DNA from: Blasia pusilla | Taxonomy: Eukaryota | Direction: 5' to 3' | Length of the DNA: 64,000 nucleotides | Assembly (NCBI GenBank): GCA_050084515.1 | Contig: CM114271.1 | Coordinates: forward strand, 9,920,001-9,984,000 | Part shown: positions 37,444 through 47,469 of the stretch, piece by piece | How the letters are laid out: every line of letters starts with the position of its first letter | Position numbering within the stretch: the first letter of the stretch is position 1 | Program-made: the position numbers and the translations under genes | Notes under the pieces: model-generated | Databases searched by the model: none | What the model saw: the letters and a program-made list of their open reading frames with translations, nothing else | Told to the model about the DNA's origin: nothing

Positions 37444-40400
37444 TCACTCGTCATCGTCTGAGAGCTCTTGCAATATTACTTTCCGCCTTGCCATTCCGAT
37501 TTTTGTAATCTTTGGAAGTGACGATGGTGTCACTACCAATGGTGGGTCTGGAATCGGAGCTCTTTGCTTCGGTGGAGAGTTGTACGCCCCAACGAACCTT
37601 TCGTATTCTGCCTTTGCCTCCTTGCAAAGGTCAAACAATTCCTATCTTCCCTCGAGGCAGAGAATGTTCCTGCCACTCTGCCAGGCGCCTTTGATACTCG
37701 CCCCTGAAAGTCCCACTAAGTCAAACACCAAGTCACCCGGCCTTGAGCAGAGCTCGATGAGCGTTTGCATCAGGGCTGGCAACTTTTCCCTTCCTCCCAA
37801 AAGTGGGGTACCATCTTGCATGTAAATTCCCAGGGGGGAATTGTACAAACTATCTAAGCTGTACCACTCTGAGCATGGATCCACAGGATCCTAGATCTTG
37901 AACACCTGGAAGTTGTGCTCATGCCGAACGAAGCAGTAAACGTAGGAGTGCTCCATCTGTAAAGAAGCACGTTGGAAAGAATGTCAACAACTTGGCATAA
38001 TGTGCAACACGTCACCAAAGAACTCCGCTTGACCCTAGAGAACTTTTTTCAAATACTAACATTGGAGCAACCTGTCGGAGTCGGACGGGTTGTTTTGTCC
38101 ATGACCCACCCGTTGGAAGGCGACAGGTTGCTGGCTTAGAGCAGCCCATGCTTATCGAGAGCAACCCGCCGCTGACGGCGCTTTTTTTCGAAACACAGGA
38201 AAAACCATAGTAATCGCAACCCGCCGGCGTTCCGACGGGTTGCACGTTCACCGGCGTTTTCCCTGTGTTTCTGAATAAGATCCGACCCGTCGGAAAGCGA
38301 CGGGTTGCTCTCAGCCAAGCATGGGCTGCTCTAAACCAGCAACCTGTCGCCTTCCGACGGGCTTCTCACAGAAAAAAACAACGGATATATACTATCTGGA
38401 GACAGGAATAGAGCCATACCCGAATCTGGCTCGTCGCGAATCGGAGTGGGTACTCGTTCTTGATGATCCACGATTGCGCCGTCCTCCACTTCAGCGACCT
38501 CTTGACGCATTGGAGGTTGAAAAGCTCGTCCTTGCTCCCTCCAGTCAACACTAAGAAGCAGCCCATGTCACTCAGATAAGCGTCTGCAAAGGACAACAAT
38601 AGCGCGATCTGGTCATAAGAGAGGGGAACATTCCAGTCAGGTACCCCGTCCGACGGATTCTTGTCCCACAATCGCAACCCCGAGGGCAGATCAGCGATCA
38701 ATAGATCCACTGCCACCTCTTCGACCATTCCATTCACCGTCCAGGGTGCGTGCCCGCTTCGTTGAAGCTTTCGTCCCAGCGTTGTCAATTTATCAATGGC
38801 GGGTGTCGACGCTTGAGAATTGAAACTTTTGAGCTCATCTAGTAAATTCGTGAACTGAAGGAGGACGCTTGTCCGGGTCGTTGTTTCTCTATGTCTTCCC
38901 AAGGATGATGGACTGTATTCTCCTTGGGACAACCCTGGCACCTCTCGCTTCCGCTTCTCCCGAGTCTGCGGTCGGCTTGTCGGGGTCTCTATGACCTCAT
39001 ACTCTGTGGAGTTTTTTTCGCGGAGGACCTGGTCCAACCCTCTCTCCCCGCTCGCCTGGACGATTCCGCCTCTGGCCTTGAATCTTTAGCCTCTCTTTGG
39101 GAAGACTCGGCCTCGGAATTCTTCCCTCCCCTCGCCTTGCCTTTGAGACCCGTTGTGGATTTGTCTTTGGTTGTGCGGACCTTTGAAGCCAACTCAGCTG
39201 TCTCGAGGGCTTGCTCTTTCGCATCTCCTCCGAAGAAGTCTTCAAGCTGCACAAAATTGGGGATGTCATCCCGTCGTGAGGCCACTACATCATGAAGCAC
39301 GCGTAAATCTTTCTCGATGATGTCTTCAGGGTGGTTGAAGTCTAGCCAAATCGGGCAATTCTCCACCTCCCAATCGGACATGTGCTGAGCCATCTCCGTA
39401 TCGTACATGGAGAATGTCTCTCCATCAGGCGGCGAAGCCCACAATTTCAAGGCTGCCGGTAATTTTCCCCAGGTACCTGCATTCTTACAATGCACGAGGT
39501 ACCTGAAGACCATCCGTTGGGCAGCTCTTAGTCGAACTGAATCGGTTGCCTGCTCCTGAAGATCTCTCTTCTTCTTTGCTTGATCCCGTTTGTTCCCCTC
39601 GATTTCTTTGTCAAGGTTTGCCTAAGGGAGGACGCAAACCTTCAACATCGTCTTGAATCTTGGGTTTTTGATGGGCTTGTCTCGGATGTCATCGAGCCAA
39701 ACCTCGAAATCTACAGCACTTTCCAGGTTTGCTTCATTCGGAATGGGCTCTAATCTTTTGAGCTCCGCTTGGAGACCGTTCAGCACGGACTTCCCTATAA
39801 CCCGCAACGCATCCCAAAATGACCATTCGTGGAGCCAGTGGGAGATCACTGGATCAGACACACCCGGAGGATGGTGTGCCGCTCTCTTCTGGGCCTCTGT
39901 GCCCTCGAGATTGATTTTCATCACTCGGATCCTCCTAAACTTGCTTATTCTGGACAACGCAAACCGATGCACACGATCTAGGGACACTTTCTCCCCAATC
40001 CGACCTTGCGGATCTTCATCCCTTTTCCGTTGGCGCTTGATAATCGCCTTCAGCTCCTTGTAAAACTCCGGACCAAGTTCGGGGTTGAGAATGCTGATGT
40101 AGCACTGCATCTTGCTTGCTGTGTATTTCGTGGCTGTAGATACTGCAGCTTTGATGAATTTCGTGCACTCAGACCCAGATACTTTCTCCCTCAGCTCCAG
40201 CTCCAGTGCAGCGCTCTTCTTCGCGGCCTGTATCTTCGACCAGCAAAGGATTGTTACGGCTGCATCTTGGGAAATAAACTTATTTGCCCAAGTCTTCTTT
40301 TTTATCTGTGCACCCTTTGCAAGCATCTCGATTTACCAGGCGTCGCTCAAGAACCCCTTGTACTCTGCCGGGTGCGTTGTAAGCACCTTCTTCACCCGAT

Positions 40401-42446
40401 CGCAATCCTGGATCCAGTGGTGGGTGACATTCCCCTCCGATACAATCCTGCACATCCAAACTCAATTTCAGAAAATTTGTAAGTTACATGGGTTCCTGCT
40501 ACCCGTCGGACTCCGACGGGTCGTCACAGCTCAGGGTCGGATTCTAGCAACGAGCTAAATGATTCAACCCGTCGGAGTCCGATGGATTGCATTCACATTT
40601 GTGAATGCCTGGTTCAACCCGTCGGACTCCAACGGGTTGTCAGATAGTCTATATCAAACGTGAACATAGCAACCCGTCGGAGTCCGACAGGTTGCGCAAT
40701 TGCATGGAAAGCTGCAATTTGACGCGAAAAAGGTAGCTTCCAACTTCCGAATGCAACCCGTCGGACTCCGACGAGTTGCTTTCGGCCAAAAACATAAAAA
40801 AGCCTCCAAACAGCTTCGAGTCAAGCAACCCGTCGGACTCCGACGAGTTGCTTTCGGCCAAAAACATAAAAAAACCTCCAAACAGCTTCGAGTCAAGCAA
40901 CCCGTCGGACTCCGACGAGTTGCTTTAAGCCAAAAACATACTAAACCTGTGGTCAGTCGAACAACTCGTCGGAGTCCGACGAATTTCTTTCTTCAAAAAA
41001 CATCCAGAAAAGGCGGCGAGTCGAGCAACTCGTCGGACTTCGAAGAGTTGCTTTCGGCCAAAAACATCCTAACTTCTGCCGTTATTCGAGCAACTCGTCG
41101 GAGTCCGACAAGTTGCTTCACCCATTCATCAATCGAGCAACTCGTCGGAGTCCGACGAGTTGCGTTTGGCCAAAAGCATCCCAACAACAGTGGCAACCCA
41201 AACAACTTGTCGGAGTCCGACGGTTTGCAGCAAGAAGAAACTTACGTGTTCATGGCATGCATGGCCATCTCCACAGTCGCCATGTGATGAGGGTATGGAT
41301 GAAGGACCACTCCCTTCACGCAAAAATGTGCCTCAAAGGAGTTTGGGCGCTCCTCTGCAAACTTTGTCCACGCCATGAACCTGTGATTTCCATCCCAGAT
41401 GAAGAAATGCAGATTCTTCATCCAGCTGAATTCCGTGCCCTCTACTTGCCATCTGAAATCCAGGTCTCTCATCCTCCAGAATGTGTCGAGCTTTTCCAAG
41501 TCCTCCTCCGTAACTAGGGCTTGGGTTCCATGCTCGTCGTAAGGCTGAACATAGAAGGGAGGGAAGCTGTTGACGTAGGATGCTGTCGCCGCCGATTGTT
41601 TGAGCTTCGCGATATCCTTGTCGGACTGAATTTCGCTGACGTATTCCATTGTCCGCAATCGGCAGAGTGGAATTCTCAGGGCGTTGTGTCCCTCCATCAG
41701 TGCCATCTGCTTTACCACCTGTTAGAACCGGGACAAGATCAATAAGCTACACTGAATTGCCAATGAATTGCAAGATGGGCCTTTACATAACTCAAAAAAC
41801 CCAGATCCTCTCTTACCCGCTCGAAGATTGGGTCGGTTTCTTGACCAGCCAACTTGTCTGAGACAGCAAATGGCAAGTCCACTGGGAACTCGTCGATCCG
41901 ATAGAGGTCGATTTCTTCCGCCTGGCTTGGAGACGAGGATGATTGCTCTCCTGCTTCTTTGGCAATGTCCACCATCTCCACGCTGGCGGTCGTCATTACC
42001 TCATTGTCCGTGATTTGAACTTCTGCCGTTTTTGCTATGTTGATTGTGTCCCCGGACTTCATCGGGGACATTTCCCGCATCTCAACACTTTCGGTTGGAC
42101 GAGGAGGGCTGTTGTCAATGGCTATTGCTTTTTCCCTCCTTGCTTTAGCCAATTCTGCTCTCCTCACCAACGCATCCAGACGCTTCTTTTCTCGCTTTTC
42201 GTCGGCGATCCTTTTCTTCAAGGCCTACGACTTCTCAGCCTCTGTGTTCTGTTTATCGAGCGCCTCTTGTACATGTCTCGCAAGAAGCTCCTGGTTGTGC
42301 ATCTCCGCTTCCCTTTCCTGCTCCTCGATTTCCTGCTGCCTAATCTCATTTGCCGAAGGAGGCCCTGGAGATGCTGACGTAGGAGTCCTAATGGACTTAG
42401 GAGTGAAGCTCCCAAACTTAGTTGCTTGAGCTTTTTTCCTCGTCAT
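37444..42446 (-). pseudogene. Spliced cargo gene: charged N-terminus, ParB/Srx-like domain, beta-class N4-C/N6-A DNA methyltransferase-like domain
   Basis: FFIWDGNHRFMAW (ParB/Srx GxxR patch, 41380-41394). VDLLIADLPSGL...W...LLSFADAYLSDMGCFLV (motif IV region). REKLPALMQTLIELCSRPGDLVFDLVGLSGASIKGAWQSGRNILCLE (motifs X, I, II). Adjacent ORFs at 42225 and 37642 join in frame across single TAG stops. GT-AG introns at about 41245-40450 and 38417-37958. Confidence 0.82.
40498..41229. repeat. Intronic cluster of about 12 copies of the 27-bp palindrome, including a 72-bp tandem unit
   Basis: GCAACCCGTCGGACTCCGACGAGTTGC at 40753, 40825 and 40897. Perfect palindrome GCAACTCGTCGGAGTCCGACGAGTTGC at 41137. 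Confidence 0.95.
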
Positions 42447-42726
42447 TTTTCCTGGAAATGCCTCCACCTATGTCCACGATGAATTGCTTGATCAATCGCC
42501 TTGCTGATGTTGAGATGAGTCGCCTTGATGGGTAGCTCAAATCATCTCGCGATCGTTCAATCGAATCGTCCCGCTCTTGTTCGGTCAAACCGTCTCGCTC
42601 TCGTTCCCTCGTATCGTCTCGCAATGACTCGCCGTGTGAAACACCTCTTGGTATCTGATGAGCTGCTGCGCGGGAAAGCAATGGAGATCGCGAAATGAGA
42701 AACCAGAAATGAGCGATTTGTGCCCT

Positions 42727-42733
42727 ATTTATA
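42727..42733 (-). promoter_or_regulatory. Candidate TATA box of the ParB-methyltransferase gene
   Basis: TATAAAT on the minus strand about 280 bp upstream of the ATG at 42446. Confidence 0.55.
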
Positions 42734-42822
42734 ATTTTCTAGCCGTTGGGTTGACCGTTGGGTCCCGTCGTCCTTTCGACGGCGACATGCCGGCCGTTAC
42801 GAAAGTCCGGACGTGAAAAATG

Positions 42823-43453
42823 GCAACCCGTCGGAATCCAAGAGGTTGCGCGCCTCCTCCGTCTTGGGAAGATAACGCAAGGTGCGCGAGCAACCCGTCG
42901 GAGACCGACAGGTTGAGCGCCTCCGCCGTCTTTGGACAAGAACGCGAGGTACCCGCGCAACCCGTCGGAGACCGACAGGTTGCGAGCCTCCGCCGTCTTC
43001 GGACAAGAATAGGACATACCCACGCAACCCGCCGGAGACCATTGGGTTGCACGCTTCCCTCGTCAAGGGTTAGCAACGCGGGCTTCCCGTGCAACTCGTC
43101 GGAGGCCGACAGGTTGCACGCTTCCTTCATGTAAGCGAAACAAGGCGAGGCCCTTGCGCAACCTGTCAGAGGGCGACGGGTTGCACGTCTCGCCGTCTTT
43201 GGGCAAGAAGGTGCGGCACCCGCGGAACTCATCGGGAACAAACGGTTTGCACGCTTCCTTCATGTAAGTGTTACACTGTGAGATAATTGGGCAACCCGTC
43301 TGATGCCGACGGGTTGCAAGCCTCCGCCATCTTCGGGCAAGAAGGAGCGGTATCCGAGCAACTCGTCGGAGAGCGACGGGTTGCCAGCTTTGACTATGTT
43401 TGCGTTTGAAGGTAAGGCAGAAGCCTCCAACCCGTCCAAAGCCGACGGGTTGC
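42823..43453. repeat. Phased array of ten 27-bp palindromes with ~67-bp period in the divergent promoter region
   Basis: Unit starts at 42823, 42890, 42957, 43024, 43091, 43158, 43224, 43291, 43358 and 43427. Confidence 0.95.
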
Positions 43454-43661
43454 AGGCTTTGCTTAGCTTGGGTTAATTGTTGAGTTACCAAGACTCCGAC
43501 GGGTTTCAACAAAATGAAGTGTGCTTCGCAACCCACGTCTCTGCTTCCCAAATCCGGTAACACATTGCAACATAATTGAATCCATTGTGTCAGAAAATTT
43601 CGCCTACCAAACTTCATCTTGTCAGTAAAATTCTGTCAGGAGTATCTGTTTTCCTATTCAC

Positions 43662-43668
43662 TATAAAT
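43662..43668 (+). promoter_or_regulatory. Candidate TATA box of the transposase gene
   Basis: TATAAAT followed by a (TTCTCA)n pyrimidine patch and the ATG at 43738. Confidence 0.6.
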
Positions 43669-43737
43669 TAAAAATTCTCATTCTCATTCTCATTCTCTTT
43701 CTCATTCTCACTCTCCTCCCGTACAAAATTTTTCGGA

Positions 43738-46688
43738 ATGGATAATTATGTGAAGCTCACTTGTGGCAATCATCTGGCGGCCCTTCCTCAATCAGAAATC
43801 GTTCGACCGCAAGCTCGTGAGTTTTTCATAGCAGTGGATGAAAATTTTCTCTCCCTCCGATTTCTTCTCCAAATTGGAACCATCTTTGTATCCAAGGATG
43901 TTAGGGTGGACGGTACGGAGGACATAATAGGTGAGATAGTCCAACCAGTGTCTGCAGACCGTAAAGTATGGAATCTCCTACCTCTAGCAAATGGTCAATA
44001 CAGAGTTTATGGCCTGCCCCTGAATTTGTCAGTTTCCCAAGTAGACGGTCGAAAATTTCCTAGTGCTCCGAGCTCTACGTTTGCAACTCCTAGCTTAGTA
44101 GATCCGGCTTCGACTCCAACTTCACACGCTCGTAACAATGTTGTTCTTCTTGAAGAGATTCCGGATGTTATCAACCTTAGTGAATCTTTCGGACACCAAC
44201 CGGGCCCTTTGTCCGCCTACTCGTTCCTCTTGCGAGTATCAGGCAAAATTTTGCTTTCGTCTTTGGCCTTGAAAATGTTCAAGCACATTCTTGTCGACGA
44301 GCTACCGCCCACGTACGATGGTAATTGCATTTTTGAGTTGCCTCCACTTGCTGCTCTTGCTCAAAAGAAAGATGGAGGATGCCTGAAGGGTATGGATAGA
44401 AAGTGTGATTTTCATCGATGGTGCAGGCTTCAACGGACAAGTGCTTCAATTCCAGATGGTCCTTGGATTGTCTCCCACCGCCAATGCGTCGGAGCCTTGG
44501 AGTGTAGAAGTCCAGCATGCCCATATCTAGAGCGCAACGGGCGAGTCAATACGTCGCAATTCCCCCCCAAGAATGCAGAAACTCCATACGAGGTCGGTTC
44601 CACCATACCGCCGGGAGGCCATCGATGTCCTCATTGTCAGCCATCGCCCTTCTGCGTTGGAGCGTGTCCTGCATACATATTTTTCATTGTCCATGACTTG
44701 GGCTCCACGTCAGAGTACACTAGGCTGGCAGTTCATGTTGGCTCCCACACTCATCCTGTGACCGATGCAATTCAGAGACACATCAAGGAGGATGTGGCAA
44801 AGAAAATTTCCGAGGTCTACAGAAACTCTCCAGGTTCAAAGCCCGGAGTGATCAAGCTCACAATGGCATCACAAATTTGTGAACAATTGCTTGGAATCCC
44901 TGGACAGGGCGAGAAACAACTCTGGGAAAATCTCGCATTTCTTGCTGATCCTGAATGCTTCCGGAATTTGCTGCGTCAAATACGAGTTTTGGATGGACAG
45001 ACGGCCAAAATGGATGCCATCGCCAGAATCAAGGCCAACTCCAAATTTCCATTCATTCAGAGATGGCAGTTCATGGGCCAAGAAGGCGAGGGATCCAGGG
45101 CCTATGTCTTCAAAATGTCAACCACAGGTCCGTTGAGTGGCCTTGATCTTATAGATCGAATGAGGCATGGGGAAGATCTTTACAGCAGCTGGGTAAGCTT
45201 TGATATTTGCTACAGAGTGCTGAATGGATGGTTGACGATGGATGCTCATGTTTATGACCATGTGGAGAAGGGACTCAAAACTATATTTGTCTGTGAAGTA
45301 AAGGCAGAAGACGTTGGCAGTTTGAAGATATGCTAGTTACTCTTATTGGAGGTGGTGAAGGAAAACAAAAGGCCACCTCCGGAAATTTATGGGTTCATGG
45401 CGGACAATGCACAACGTGGGTGGATTGCTATCCGGAAAGTGTTCTGGGGTGGAGAGGTTCAATCGGAGAGGGAAAGGTCGGATGTTTTCCATTGGCAACA
45501 GTCTGTGACCCGTACACCAAATCTTGCATCAAGGAGAATAAGAGGACAGAGCATGTCACTCTACTCCAACGTTGCAAGGACAGCAAAACCTTGAAGCAAG
45601 CCATGGAATGCCAGGAAGAACTTCATGGGTGGTGGAGGAAGCATGCGATTGAGGGGAAGTACAAAGAGTTGTGCTCTTGTTGAGTTGGTGGACTGTATGT
45701 ATGAGACAATGGGGAAACTTCATGCGGCATGTTAGTTCACTATTTTGTCTTGTCAAGCTCACGCTGAGAATTGTTTGTAAAGTTGCAGCTCAAGTTGAGA
45801 AGCGTGGGAACTATAGGGATTTCAAACCGAAGAAACCAAGCAAGCTGTCGGATGCGACGGGTTGCCCGAGTGTGCAACCCGACGGAAACCGACGGGGTTG
45901 CATCCATAATTTTGGTGCAACCTGTAGACAAGTATGCAAGTTGCATGTATACAAGGCCTGCAAATAGTTCAACCCAGATGGGTTTCGGATGACTTGCACT
46001 TGGATCTTCCAGAGTGGCCACAGGTTCTTGCAACCCGTCTGAATCCGACGGGTTGCAACACGTCGGGACCCGACGGGTCGCAGAGTCATTCATGGGATGC
46101 CTCGGCCTTGCAACCCGTCTGAATCCAACGGGTTGCAGTAGGTGGGTTTAAGGTTGCAACACGTCGGGACCCGATGGGTCGCAGAGTCATTCATGGGATG
46201 CCTCGGCCTTGCAACCCGTCTGGTTCTGACAGGTAGCTTATTTCTTTGACTCCTGAGTTATTTTCGTTCCCTTCTAACATTGCCGTCGTTGCAGGGATTG
46301 AACATTCATGAAAATGCCCTCTGCCCCAACACAAGTGGAGCAGAAAGTGTTCATTCCTCTTGGAGGTCGTCACAAGCATGCCAACGAATTTCACTTGTGA
46401 AGGCATGCCAACAAGACCAGGCAAGAGCAATGCTACAGTGTGCAGCATCCCATATCTTCCTCACAAAAGGCATAACAAAAGGAAGGGGACCGTCGATCTA
46501 CGAGCTCTATGTCATGTTCATGTGATGACTTTGTCCAAAGAGAGACAAGTGGTAAAAGGTATTTCCCTTGTAAGCACATGTACTATGAGTTGCTGGTAGT
46601 TTTAAGAGAGTCGGAGGTAGGAGTAGGAATCCACCAACCAATTACGTCCCTCAAAGAAGTGCGAAGTATTTTAAACAAACCACTTTGA
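43738..46688 (+). pseudogene. MULE-type DDE transposase with N-terminal GCM/WRKY-like zinc domain and C-terminal SWIM finger; has a stop, a frameshift and an internal deletion
   Basis: CVGALECRSPACPY...CPHC...C...HVGSHTHP. First Asp in VSFDICYRV, second Asp in FMADNAQ, C/D(2)H motif DVFHWQQSV, Glu in NTSGAESVHSSW after an intron at about 45731-46294. SWIM CSCDDF...CKHM. Confidence 0.85.
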
Positions 46689-47306
46689 GGATGCAAAATA
46701 AGGTTTTAGATTGTACTTTTATTTTTCCTGAACCTTCACTTTGAGCTTGAACTCTATTCAGCCCGGGGCAAATGATAGATTTTTTCCAGACCTTGGATGG
46801 AAAAAGTGATTGGTTCCACACTTATGATTCCATTGATTTTTCAGTTTTCTAAATTTTGTGCAATTTGCAACTCGTCGGACTCAGAGGGGTTGCCAAAATA
46901 TGGAAGAGGAAAAAAAAAATTATGGGACTGCTCAATAACTGAACAAAAAAGTGCAAAAAAATTCACACAAAAAGTTTCCTCTCTTCAACCCAACGGAAAC
47001 TCTCTTCAAAAAAAAATATCTATTTCGATTGAATGTAGTTTCCTCTCTCCTCTCTCCTCTCTTCCTCTCCTCTTACCGCACCTCTTGATTTCCGCATGTG
47101 TTTAGCTTGAGTGATTGAGGGATTACTCGCGAGATTGAGAGTGATCGTATGAGAGGGGCACGAGGGTCATCACGGCATCCTTTCAGGAATCTGAGAGGCA
47201 AGGTGGTGGAACTAAGAGGAGCTCTAGAGGATATACGCGGAGTGGTGTGAGGTTTCAAGAGTCTCCATGTGAGGGACTGCCTCAACCTCCTTCTATGTCG
47301 TCTTCA

Positions 47307-47469
<163 letters not shown>

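Larger units (their letters stand above)
35832..47084. mobile_element. 11.25-kb Mutator-like (MULE) DNA transposon with divergent transposase and ParB-methyltransferase genes
   Basis: Interrupts Gypsy copy 2 at a single point. TSD TTGATTGCT (35823-35831) / TTGATTTCC (47085-47093), 7 of 9 identical. Imperfect TIRs: GGGGGGCTGGTA...AAGAGAGGAGAGGAAGAGAGGAGAG versus reverse complement GAGGTGCGGTAAGAGGAGAGGAAGAGAGGAGAG. Confidence 0.88.

Noticed and set aside
40498-41229. Second CRISPR-like array or protein-coding repeat (ORFs 40649-41287)
   Set aside because: Spacers are unequal in length and partly duplicated. The ORFs (QPVGLRRVA / SDSDGL repeats) are translations of the palindrome inside an inferred intron.
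37444-42446. Bacterial or phage contamination explaining the ParB-methyltransferase gene
   Set aside because: The gene has GT-AG introns, a TATA box and C>T-type decay, and sits inside a TSD-bounded element nested in plant retrotransposons.
42823-43453. CRISPR array (27-bp palindromic repeats with ~40-bp spacers)
   Set aside because: Spacers are related to each other, repeats vary more than CRISPR repeats do, no cas-like ORFs are visible, the context is eukaryotic, and the motif is also scattered through introns.
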